NCBI GenBank assembly: GCA_030390025.1
Contig: CM059432.1
Span: forward strand, 102,922,001-102,986,000
Source: Squalus acanthias
Taxonomy: Eukaryota
Direction of reading: 5' to 3'
Length of the DNA stretch: 64,000 nt
The translations under genes and the position numbers were made by a program. This document shows, one piece after another, positions 12,721 to 23,343 of this stretch (position 1 is its first letter; every line of letters starts with the position of its first letter). The notes under the pieces are model-generated. The model had not been told where the DNA came from, ran no database searches, and was given only the letters and a program-made list of their open reading frames with translations.

Positions 12721-14380
12721 AATACATCAAATGTTTAGCTCATCGTGCATAGAGCAAGGTGGAGTATTCGACCCCGAGGTGAAAGAAGTTGCACATCCCA
12801 GCTCTACGCACTTTATCCAGTTTTAACTCATTAGCTGTTACAAAGTTCTCCCCCTTGTATAGTGTAGCACTGCTCAGCAGCAGTGAGAGACTCAGGGGAA
12901 TATGTTATCAAAGCTGAGGTAATTACCTCCAGCTGTCCTTATAAAACTACAATAAATTGAATTAATCGCTGAATATTTAAATGTTAGAGTATTACAGCTG
13001 TATTCAAGAAGGTACTGGCTTGTTTTCAACAGTAGGATGAAGCACACAATCTGCATTGTTGCACAAGACTTGGTGAATAACGCTGATTGTATGTGTAATC
13101 AAAGAGGTTAAAAATAGGCTGCTACATAAAGTATTATACTGCACATCTTTCAAAATGTTCCAGTTGATTTTAATAATTGCACCTGAGTTTCCATTGTATA
13201 GATACATTGTCAGGAATTCTGACAAACTGCAGCACCCCATAATTAAGTTTTACCACAGGTACATGGGAACTAAAGAAGACAACTTGTGGAAACATTCCTC
13301 ACACTATACATGTTTAAGCTTGAACTGTTAGCATTACTAGGCCATTAATAGCAACATTTTGTTTCTACATCCTCCATTAGGAGCTAAACAGGAGATAAAA
13401 TCACTGATCCTGTGGTCCCAGCAGGGCGCCCCGCTCGAAGAGGGTGCATTTTTGGAGATAGTTTTACAACCATGTGATGCCAGTTCTCTGACCCACACTC
13501 CCTTCAAGTGTGGCTCTGTTTCTGGAGTATGGAATTGGAGAATTAACCCTTTTATTACTGGGCAGGTCATGCATAGCTGAAGATTGGTGTTCTCAGAAGG
13601 AATTGTGGCCCTACTGCGAAAAGACCATATGGAAGTCCAAAGCTGAGATGGTGTGATTGTGTATGGGTAAACACAATGGAAAAATGACATGGGGCTAACA
13701 GATGAGGGAGCTGGCAGAAGAGAGCACAATGGAAGGCTTTTGTGATGCCTACATAGCCTGTTTATGATAACGATGATTGACTTTGCCCCAATTTTCTGGC
13801 TCCATGATTGGCAGGAATATAAGGACAGAAATGGCATGTTATTAATATCAATCCCCGCTACAAAATAGTGTTTTATAAAATGATAGTGGCTTTTCACTGA
13901 TAATCTTATATCTATCTGTAGAAAAATATAATTATAGTTTCAAAGTAGGTAGCATTGATCTTAAATAAAACTGTTATATTTAATAGCTAGCCTCTGTAAC
14001 ATTTTAATTTGTGATTTAATTCAATATTCCAAGAGTAAAAAGTGGCATATGTAACTTCAGTCAATTCAAGAGGCTAGTACGTTATATTTCAAAATATTAA
14101 AAAATCCGTTTAGTGACCTAAAATGTACTCTTAAGTATATCATTTGGAGATGAAAACATGAGAACTATTGTAGATAGTTTGTATTTTTTTTGTTCATAGA
14201 TTGTGGGAGACATTTTTTAGAAGTGACAAGGCATTGCTGCCTCATAAAAATTTCAATTGTACGGTTCTATGCACATTGTGACCTATTAATCATGATGTGG
14301 AGATGCCGGCGTTGGACTGGGGTGGACAAAAATGAGAAGTCGCACAACACCAGGTTATAGTCCAACAGATTTATTTAATT

Positions 14381-14418
14381 TTACAAGCTTTCGGAGCTGT
14401 CGCTCCTTCGTCAGGTAA
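14381..14418 (-). ncRNA. Minimal type I hammerhead ribozyme (Penelope pLTR)
   Basis: The minus strand reads TTAC-CTGACGA-A-GGAGC(GACA)GCTCC-GAAA-GC-TT-GTAA. This gives the CUGANGA and GAAA core, stems I and II, and a palindromic AAGCTT stem III. Confidence 0.85.
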
Positions 14419-14660
14419 GTTAGCAATGAGAGAATCTCCCAGAATTCACAATTTAAACCCAGACAAAATCTATTCACATTATTCGCTACAACAAAGAGCA
14501 CAGCCAAGACAATGAGATGTGTCCCAGGGGGTCCAACGTGTCAAACCACCTGCTGGCTGCATATCCTGTCAATTTGTGTTCTTGTGTTAGCCTTTTTAAA
14601 AAAAAAACCTAAAAAAAAAGAACCAAAAAAACACCTGGGAAGACCGGCCATGATGTCAAG

Positions 14661-16562
14661 TCACGTTCTGTATCGTGACATGAACCCGATATCGCGATTG
14701 AGGCCATCCTCATGAGTGCGGAACTTGGCTATCAGTTTCTGCTCTATGATTTTGCGCTGTCGTGTATCTCGAAGGCCGCCTTGGAGAACGCTTACCCGCA
14801 GATCCGAGGCTGAATGCCCCTGGCTGCTGAAGTGTTCCCCGACTGGGAGGCAACCCTCCTGCCTGGCGATTGTTGCGCGGTGTCCGTTCATACGTTGTCT
14901 CAGTGTCTGCATGGTCTCGCCGATGTACCATGCTCTGGAGCATCCTTTACTGCAACGTATCAGGTAGACAACGTTGGCCGAGTCACATGAGTATGTACCG
15001 TGTACCTGGTGGGTAGTGTCCTCACGTGTGATGATGGTATCTGTGTCCATGATTTGGCATGTCTTGCAGAGGTTGCCGTGGCAGGGTTGTGTGGTGTCTT
15101 GGTTGCTGTTCTCCTGAAAGATGGGTAATCTGCTGCGAACGATGGTACTTTTGAGGTTAGGCGGCTGCTTGAAGGCGAGTAGTGGAGGCGTGGGGATGGC
15201 CTTAGCAAGGTGTTCGTCGTCATCGATGACATGTTGAAGGCTGCGAAGAACATGGCGTAGTTTTTCCGCTCCGGGGAAGTACTGGACGACGTAGGGTACT
15301 CTGTTGGTTGTGTCCCGTGTTCGTCTTCTGAGGAGGTCTATGCGGTTTTTCGCTGTGGCCCGTCGGAACTGTCGATCGACGAGTCGAGCGTCATATCCCG
15401 TTCTTACGAGAGCGTCTTTCAGTGTCCGTAGGTGTCCATCGCGTTCCTCCTCGTCTGAGCAGATCCTGTGTATTCGCAGGGCTTGTCCATAGGGGATGGC
15501 TTCTTTAACGTGGTTAGGGTGGAAGCTGGAGAAGTGGAGCATCGTGAGGTTGTCCGTGGGCTTGCGGTAGAGTGAAGTGCTGAGGCGTCCGTCTTTGATG
15601 GAGATTCGTGTGTCCAAGAATGAAACCGATTCTGAGGAGTAGTCCATGGTGAGTTTGATGGTGGGATGGAACCTGTTGATGCTATCGTGTAGTCCTTTCA
15701 GTGATCCTTCGCCGTGGGTCCAAAGGAAGAAGATGTCGTCGATGTATCTGGTGTACAGCGTTGGTTGGAGGTCCTGTGCAGCGAAGAAGTCTTGCTCGAA
15801 CTTGTGCATGAAGATGTTAGCGTATTGGGGTGCGAATTTGGTCCCCATGGCTGTTCCGTGTGTTTGGGTGAAAAAATGGTTGTCGAAGGTGAAGACATTG
15901 TGGTCAAGGATGAAGCGGATGAGTTGTAAGATGGCGTCCGGAGATTGGCTGTTGTTGGTGTTGAGTACTGAGGCTGTCGCAGCGATGCCGTCATTGTGGG
16001 GGATATTGGTGTAGAGTGCCGATACGTCCATTGTGACGAGGAGTGTTCCTGGTTCAACTGGTCCATGGGTGCTGAGTTTCTGCAAGAAGTCTGTAGTGTC
16101 GCGACAGAAGCTGGGGGTTCCCTGTACGATGGGTTTCAGGATGCCCTCGACGTACCCAGAGAGGTTCTCACACAGGGTTCCGTTGCCTGATACGATAGGA
16201 CGTCCGGGTGTGTTGGCTTTGTGTATCTTTGGGAGGCAGTAAAAGTCTCCTACGCGGGGAGTACGTGGGATGAGAGTGCGTAGGATGTTTTGAAGGTCTG
16301 GATCGAAGGTCTTGATCAGTCTATTGAGTTGGCGGGTGTGTTCTTTGGTCGGATCTGCGGGTAGCTGTCTGTAGTGTTCCTGGTTGTCCAGTTGTCGGTA
16401 TGCTTCTTTGCAATAGTCCGTTCTGTTCTGTATGACGATGGCTCCTCCTTTGTCCGCTGGTTTGATGACGATGTTGCGGTTGGTCTTGAGTGCGTGGATG
16501 GCGTTGCGTTGTGCTCGGGTGACATTCTGGACTGTCTTGTGAGTACGGCTGATGAATCTGGC
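14661..16562 (-). CDS. Penelope reverse transcriptase and GIY-YIG endonuclease (5'-partial, 633 uninterrupted codons)
   Basis: Motifs KPADKGG, LPKIHK, GRPIVS, MDVSALYTNI, GTAMG, RYIDD and VVYLIRC..WYIGET..LRQRMNGH. The frame stays open upstream of the listed TTG start as far as 16562. Confidence 0.93.
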   Translation of the reverse strand, partial: ARFISRTHKTVQNVTRAQRNAIHALKTNRNIVIKPADKGGAIVIQNRTDYCKEAYRQLDNQEHYRQLPADPTKEHTRQLNRLIKTFDPDLQNILRTLIPRTPRVGDFYCLPKIHKANTPGRPIVSGNGTLCENLSGYVEGILKPIVQGTPSFCRDTTDFLQKLSTHGPVEPGTLLVTMDVSALYTNIPHNDGIAATASVLNTNNSQSPDAILQLIRFILDHNVFTFDNHFFTQTHGTAMGTKFAPQYANIFMHKFEQDFFAAQDLQPTLYTRYIDDIFFLWTHGEGSLKGLHDSINRFHPTIKLTMDYSSESVSFLDTRISIKDGRLSTSLYRKPTDNLTMLHFSSFHPNHVKEAIPYGQALRIHRICSDEEERDGHLRTLKDALVRTGYDARLVDRQFRRATAKNRIDLLRRRTRDTTNRVPYVVQYFPGAEKLRHVLRSLQHVIDDDEHLAKAIPTPPLLAFKQPPNLKSTIVRSRLPIFQENSNQDTTQPCHGNLCKTCQIMDTDTIITREDTTHQVHGTYSCDSANVVYLIRCSKGCSRAWYIGETMQTLRQRMNGHRATIARQEGCLPVGEHFSSQGHSASDLRVSVLQGGLRDTRQRKIIEQKLIAKFRTHEDGLNRDIGFMSRYRT

Positions 16563-17909
16563 ACAAATACCCCCACGGCTCTACAATGAGAGAGACATCG
16601 ATGGGTGATTAAGCAAGTATTCGGGGGCCCCCAAAACCGGTCAGGGTGACGATTCATACGATCCTGGCTGGGTCAACAATGGGGAAAACATTAACGGGTA
16701 GTTGGCCAGTTTCAGGTGCTACCGAAACCCGTTAAAGACAAGAATCGCCCCATGCTGGGAGTTTTGAGCGCCAATATTACACAAAGGACAAACATTAAGA
16801 TTTGAGCGGGAGATAAGAGGACACATCACTATAACTATAGTGAACAAATGTCCATCGGTCTCTTGATTCGACTCTTATTCTCCCGGCTGGCTCTTATCTC
16901 TGCTGACTCTTGACTCGGGCTGGACTCTTATGCGCTGGATTCGGTCTCTTATCTGACTGCTGAACTCTTATTCTCTTGACTCGCTCTTCTCTAGGGCTGG
17001 ACTCTGTTGACTCTTGACTTTTAGCCGCACTGGTCGAATGTTGGGTGGAGCTCAATCGGGACGAGCCGCCCCGACAAGGGCAAATAACAGGGTGCACCAT
17101 CCCGAGGGTCGGTAAACGGTGTCTGGACCCGAAGGCCCGAAAAAGACAAGACGAAACGACAAGAAAAGAAGAAGAATCCACGTGCCGCCACGGTCAGTAA
17201 AGCCCGACCACGTCCGAAAATACAAGAAAGACTCTTCATTGAAATCTACCGACAACTGGTGTCGGGTACAGGAAGACTCTTCTTTGAGTTCTACAACCGT
17301 GTCCGAGTTCTGTCGAGTTCTTCATGACAACAGGGAGTCTGGCCTGCTTGTCGCAGAAGCGAAAATAAACAAGTGGGGTACAGAGACCCTTCCAAACACG
17401 TGACAGTCAGGCGCTGCAGCGAAACGAGCCGAGTGCCTCACTTTAAAATTCTCCGAAGTAACACGAGTGGTGAGCATGTTTCCCGATCCTACAAATCTAG
17501 ACGTAGTGTAGGTATTGATAAGGGAGGGTGGTTTTATTAAGGATAAAGTATAATGTGTTCCCCTTTTTACGATGTGCCGTGCGTTCTTCATTACCGTAGA
17601 CCAAGCTTTATGAATGTATGTATACTTGTACTCTCGTTAATTTGCACCTATGACATGTACTTCATGATTCTGGACGCTATGCAATAAAGATTTCCATTTC
17701 GTACTATTCAACCGGGTCTATTTGAGTTTTTCTCTGCATTACTGCTCCCTGCACCTAAGTCCAGTGTTAGAACCGTAAGGGCGAGTGGGTCGAACCACTC
17801 ACAGGTGCTTATTGCAAAAAGGCTGGCCGGAGACCAGAGCAAGCAATAGTATTAGGCAACGAAGGCCTAACCTCGCACCAGCACCGTCTGAGACACGAAA
17901 ACCCTTACA
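16563..17909 (+). mobile_element. Solo LTR family X copy 2, truncated at its left (U3) end by the Penelope element
   Basis: Reverse-complement match to X1, ending CCCTTACA at 17909. About 350 bp of the other end is missing. Confidence 0.88.
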
Positions 17910-18100
17910 TACCTGAGTGCTCTGCAGCACGACACACGACTCATTTGTAAACAAAGTGAAATATCTGCTTTCAATGTGTTCCATAAATTAATTATGTATT
18001 TGCTAGCACTGCATCCAAAATTATTAAGACAGGGCTAGAAATTATATCCCATCTGTCCTTTTTTTTCCTGAATGGAGAAGTCAACATAATTAAAATTAAT

Positions 18101-18803
18101 GGGCCGGATTTTCCGATCGGAGGCTTCCTGCGTGCAGATGCCTCCGATCGGGAAAAATCTACGCACTTACCTTGTAGGTCCTGAGACTTCCGATCCTGGG
18201 CCTCTCCTGGTCCGCGTGCGCAGAGGTCCAGGTATCCCAGGGGCGCAGGCAGTTCGCAAGCCATGGGCCATGGGGAACCAATCAAAAAAGGGAATCCCCT
18301 GCACACTTTTGACAGTTCTCTACGCATAGATCTGTCAAAAGTATGAATGGGGATCACTTAAAAAACAGTTAAACATTAAATAAATTTACATTAAATTAAA
18401 TATATTTTTTTTAATTTAAAAAACGAATTAAAGTTTTTTACGGGTCTAAAAATAAACTTACCTTTTTTAAAAGTATTTTTAAATTATAAATTATAAAAGA
18501 GTGAAAATTAAAAAAATTTTTTTTTAACTCTTATGCTGGTAAAAGTAGGCTTTACACCTGCTTTTACCAGGCGTAAGATTTTTAAAGGTTTTCAGCAGGC
18601 GGAGGTTGTGCAGAAAGCGGAACTCTCTGCCCGCAGAGGCCCTTCTTCTGGGCAGGCATGCGATCTGTCAAGAGGATTCTTGACAGATCGCACGTGCCGG
18701 GTTTTAGCACATGCGCTTCGCATGCCTGAAACCGGCACTTGCGAGGCCCCTACGGGCGCGTACACACCTCGTATGCACCCATGGGGGTCGGAAAATCTGG
18801 CCC
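18101..18803. mobile_element. Harbinger-type MITE
   Basis: TIRs GGGCCGGATTTTCCGA / TCGGAAAATCTGGCCC with AAT/ATT flanks. Confidence 0.85.
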
Positions 18804-18839
18804 ATTGAATATTTTGTTCAAGTTATCTTGTTTTACATG

Positions 18840-20470
18840 AAGATTTTCAAAAGGCCTTCGATAAGCTACCACATAGTAGACTAATGAATAAGGTCAGAGA
18901 ATGCGGAGTCAGGGGACAAGTAGCAGAATGGATAGCTAGTTGGCTTCAAGACATAAAGCAGAGAGTAGGGGTATAGGGTAGCTATTCACAGTGGCAGAAG
19001 GTGGGTAGTGGTGTCCCACAAGGATCAGTGCTGGGACCACTGTTGTTCACAATTTATATTAACGATTTAGACTTTGGAATCAAAAACACAATTTCTAAAT
19101 TTGTGGATGACACCAAATTGGAGGGATAGTCAATACTGAGGAGGAATGCAACAAATTACAGGAGGACATTAATAAATTTGCAGAATGTGCATATAATTGG
19201 CAAATGAAGTTCAACACAGATAAACGTGAGGTATTACATTTTGGTAGGAAGAATAGGAAGTTCACTTATTACTTGGAGGGTGTGAGTCTGGGTGGGGTAG
19301 AGAATGAAAGAAAAACTTGCATTTATATAGCGCCTTTCACGACCACCGGACGTCTCAAAGCGCTTTACAGCCAACAAAGTACTATTTGGAGTGTAGTCAC
19401 TGTTGTAATGTGGGAAATACAGCAGCCAATTTGCGCACAGCAAGGTCCCACAAACAGCAATGTGATAATGACCAGATAATCTGTTTTTGTTATGTTGGTT
19501 GAGGGATAAATATTGGCCAGGACACCGGGGATAACTCCCCTGCTCTTCTTCGGGATAGTGCCACGGGATCTTTTACATCCACCTGAGAGAGCAAACAGGG
19601 CCTCGGTTTAACGTCTCATCCGAAAGACGGCACCTCCGACAGTGCAGCACTCCCTCAGCACTGCACTGGAGTGTCAGCCTAGCTTTATGTGCTCAAGTCC
19701 CTGGAGTGGGACTTGAAATCCACAACAGTTCTAGACTCAGAAGCAAGTGTGCTACCAACTGAGCCACAGCTGACACTAGAGGAGCAAAGGGATCTCGGAG
19801 TACAAATACACAAATCGCTAAAAGTAGCAACACAGATTAACAAGGCCATAAAAAAAGCAAACCAAGCACTAGGGTTTATTTCTAGAGGGATAGAATTGAA
19901 AAGTAGTGAAGTTATGCTAAACTTGTATCAAACCTTGGTTAGATCACACTTGGAGTACTGCGTACAATTTTAGTCGCCATATTATAGAAAGGATAGAGAG
20001 GCACTGGAGAGGGTACAGAGAAGATTTACAAGGATGATACCAGAAATGCGAGGGTATACATAGCAGGGAAGGATGAACAGACTGGGTTTCTTTTCGCTTG
20101 AAAAAAGAAGGCTGAGGGGTGACCATAATACAGGTCTTTAAAATTATGAATGGTTTTGATAGAGTAGATACAGGGAGAATGTTTCCACTTGTGGGGAAGA
20201 GCAAAACAAATCCAATAGGGAATTCAGAAGAAACCTCTTTACCCAGAGAGTGGTGAGAAATTGGAACTCGCTACCACAGGGAGTAGTTGAGGCAAATAGT
20301 ATAGATGCATTTAAGGGGAGGTTAGATAAACATATGAGGGAGAAGGGAATAGAGGATTATGCTGATAGATTTAGATGAGGAAAGACGGGAGGAGACTCGA
20401 GTGGAGCATAAATGCCGACGTGGACTGGTTGGGCCGAATGGCCTGTTTCTGTGCCGTGATTCATTTCGAA
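18840..20470 (+). mobile_element. CR1 LINE 3' half (RT), split by a SINE
   Basis: [26 protein letters not shown] and HLEYCVQF motifs. Same family as the CR1 at 44223-45150. Confidence 0.92.
19303..19776 (-). mobile_element. tRNA-derived DeuSINE (SacSINE1-like) with L2-type tail
   Basis: The minus strand shows an A-box (TGGCTCAGTTGG), a B-box-like TTCAAGTCC and the Deu core GTGCTGCACTGTCGGAGGTGCCGTCTTTCGGATGAGACG. TAGAG is duplicated on both sides. Confidence 0.8.
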
Positions 20471-21888
20471 TCAACAAATTACTGTTAGCCCTAGTAGACT
20501 CAAGCTCAACATGGTACTGCTCAAAATGCCCAAAGATCATTCAGAGCTGCCAGTTCCATAATATCTAGTTTTATCGCCCACCTCCAGCATGATCGTTTAT
20601 TGGTACCCCAGGTTAGTCAGAAGCAGCCTGCTGCTCATCTGTCTCTTGGTGCAGCTCTATTATATTAAAATTGAAAGTATTTCCAGAATTTGTCTTATAT
20701 AATACATCAAAACAGATGTAGAGGTGCTTAAGTTACTTAATTGGCCTTATTTGGCAAAATCCTCTAGTCCCTGCAAGAAAGAGATTTAAATAATTCATAT
20801 TCATGGAAGTTCTTTGATTGCTTCAATCTTTTTATCACATGGAATATCAAACTCCTTCCAGCAATTCTGAGAAGAATCTGATCTGAATGTAAAATCATTT
20901 CATAAGTATCTATAATTAAGATTAAGATATGCACAATTAAAATAGTGTGAAATTTAGTCAGCTCCGACTCCCTTCCCTCCTCTTCCCCAGTTGGATTTCT
21001 TCTAAAGAATAAATCACTAGGTTTGCCAGGTTCTATTTGTTTTCTGATTAAACATCATTGAAAGATCACTTACGTCGTAGCCAGAGAATCATCTGCTATG
21101 GATTCTCTTCCCACTCCAGCATCGTTACCTCTGGAGTTCCCCAAGGATCTATCTTTGGCCCCCCTCCTATTTCTCATCTAAATGCTGCTCCTCGGTGACA
21201 TCATCCACAAACATAATGTAAGATTGCGCATGTATGCTAATGACATCCAACTCTACCTCACCACCACCTCTCTTGACCTCTGCATTTTCCCTGATTGTCA
21301 TGCTGCTTGTCCGACATCCAGTACTGGATGAGCAGATATTTCCACCAACTAAATATTAGGACAGTTCAAAGCCATTGGGGTAAAAATTCAGTTGGTTGCA
21401 CCTCCCGTTAGCGCCTTAAATGGGCGCTAATGGGGCGTTAAGGCGCTAACGCCCGGGCGCAGCGCTGTTTGCGCCGCTCGAGAACTTAACTTGAGATTGT
21501 GCGGTGGCGCTAAAACTTACCGCTGCGACCACCTGCGCGCGCAGATTGTGACGTCATTCTGTGGTGCAACGCCCTTGGGGCGCCCCGGAGCGGAAATTGA
21601 GTGGCGCCCCCTGCCTTACCGCCTGGCGCTTCCAACGACCGGAAGACTGGAACGTTATCAATCGGTGTGGGGCTGGGGGGGGCGCTATTTAAAGGGGGCC
21701 TCTTCCTGTCTTTTTCTGTGGTCGACATTTATGCACCACTCGTTCTGAGAGAGAGAGAGAGATTCGGAGAGAGAGAGAGAGAGACTTCTACATTGACTCA
21801 ACGCTTTGTGAGGTAGTTTTGCCTAGTTCATCCTAACTTTGCTGCTACTTTCGTTGCTGTACCTCATTACTTTTCTGGCAAAGAGAAG

Positions 21889-23049
21889 ATGGGGGCTGCA
21901 ATGATTGGGGGCGTCGTCCTGCTCCAGCTCAATCGGAGGAGAGTGAGACGCAGACAGAGAGTGGCAATGATGGCCAGACGGAGGAGGCCCATCAGGCGCA
22001 TGTACAGGAGAGCTTACCCTCCCAGGGTATATCGTGAACAGCTCTCCTACATCCACATGTCCGAGGAGCTGTGTTTGCGAAGGCTGCGATTCAGCAAGGA
22101 GGTGGTCACTGAGCTCTGCCACCTGCTGCAGCCAGATCTGCAGCCTCAGCTGAGGTCCAGGACGTCTCTGTCGGTGGCAGTGAAGGTCACAGTGGCTTTG
22201 AACTTCTACGCCACTGGCTCATTCCAAGCTGCTGTTGGGGACCTCGCCAATATCTCCCAGTTTGCGGTGCATCGCTGCATCCGGCAGGTCACCAATGCCC
22301 TCTTCACAAGGAGACGAGACTTCATCTCCTTCCCTATGACCCCAGACAAGCAGCATGACCGTGCTATGGGCTTTGCGAGGGTAGCGGGCTTCCCCATGGT
22401 GCAGGGCGCCATTGACTGCACGCATGTGGCTTTGCGTGCTCCGCGAGAGAATGCAGAGGAGTTCCGGAACAGAAAGGGGTTCCATTCCTTGAATGTGCAG
22501 TTGGTCTGTGACCACAGACAGGTGATTCTCGCTGTCAATGCCCACTATCCGGGCAGCTGCCACGATGCTTTCATCCTGCGCCAGAGTACTGTGGCAGAAA
22601 TTTTCGAGGCACCGCATCAGCCAGTTGGTTGGCTTCTGGGGGACAAGGGGTACGCATTGAGCACCTGGCTGATGACACCGCTCCGTGCGCCAAACACCCC
22701 TGCTGAGCTGCGGTACCAGGAAAGCCAACAAGCAACGAGGAACATTATTGAGCGCACAATCGGCGTGCTCAAACAACGATTCCGCTGTCTGGACCATTCC
22801 GGAGGAGCCCTGCAGTACTCGCCTGAGCAAGTTTCCAAATTCGTAGTGGTGTGCTGCATGTTGCACAACATGGCAATCCTCAGGACGCAGCCAATGCCAC
22901 CAGGCCTTGCAGCACCACAAGAGGAGGAGGAGGAAGAGGAGGAACAGGCCGAGGACGATGATCAGCAGCAGCACCAAGGCAGGAGGGCGGCCCACAATGG
23001 TCAAACTGCAAGGGCCGTCCGTCAACGACTAATAGCAAGCCGCTTCTAG
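21889..23049 (+). CDS. Harbinger transposase (HARBI1-like, DDE_Tnp_4), 386 aa, intact
   Basis: Catalytic motifs GAIDCTH, LLGDKGY and RNIIERTIGVLKQRFRCL, an HTH-like region and a basic N-terminus, with no stops. Confidence 0.96.
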   Translation: MGAAMIGGVVLLQLNRRRVRRRQRVAMMARRRRPIRRMYRRAYPPRVYREQLSYIHMSEELCLRRLRFSKEVVTELCHLLQPDLQPQLRSRTSLSVAVKVTVALNFYATGSFQAAVGDLANISQFAVHRCIRQVTNALFTRRRDFISFPMTPDKQHDRAMGFARVAGFPMVQGAIDCTHVALRAPRENAEEFRNRKGFHSLNVQLVCDHRQVILAVNAHYPGSCHDAFILRQSTVAEIFEAPHQPVGWLLGDKGYALSTWLMTPLRAPNTPAELRYQESQQATRNIIERTIGVLKQRFRCLDHSGGALQYSPEQVSKFVVVCCMLHNMAILRTQPMPPGLAAPQEEEEEEEEQAEDDDQQQHQGRRAAHNGQTARAVRQRLIASRF

Positions 23050-23343
23050 GGCCCCTGCCAGTGCTACAAACACGAATCAACCCAGCACGCAACCCCTAAG
23101 CCGGCCAAGGCACCAATAATTCCAACCACCAGCCATGTATATTTTGAATACAGAAACTTATTTATTGTACAAACTCTGTGTGTGTCAATTCCTCATGACA
23201 AACTCATAGAAATAAACACAAAAAAACAGTCAATAACATAACTGGTTCTCACAACCTGGAGATAATGTCCAAAACACTAAACAAAAGTTGGGCCATGAAC
23301 CTCGGCCTTTAATAAAAAAATGACCAGCATTTTGGCACACCTC

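Larger units (their letters stand above)
14291..16562 (-). mobile_element. Penelope-like retroelement, 5'-truncated
   Basis: RT plus GIY-YIG ORF, followed by a 3' pLTR carrying a minimal hammerhead and a terminal tail ...GGCATCTCCACATC. Confidence 0.95.

Noticed and set aside
16563..16600. LTR-Penelope fusion protein
   Set aside because: An in-frame TAG occurs at 16581-16583 with no ATG before the junction, and the inferred LTR promoter points away from the Penelope ORF.
21889..23049. Domesticated host HARBI1 gene
   Set aside because: It lies within TIRs and a TSD, is inserted in an L2, and has many decayed paralogues nearby, so it is a transposon ORF.
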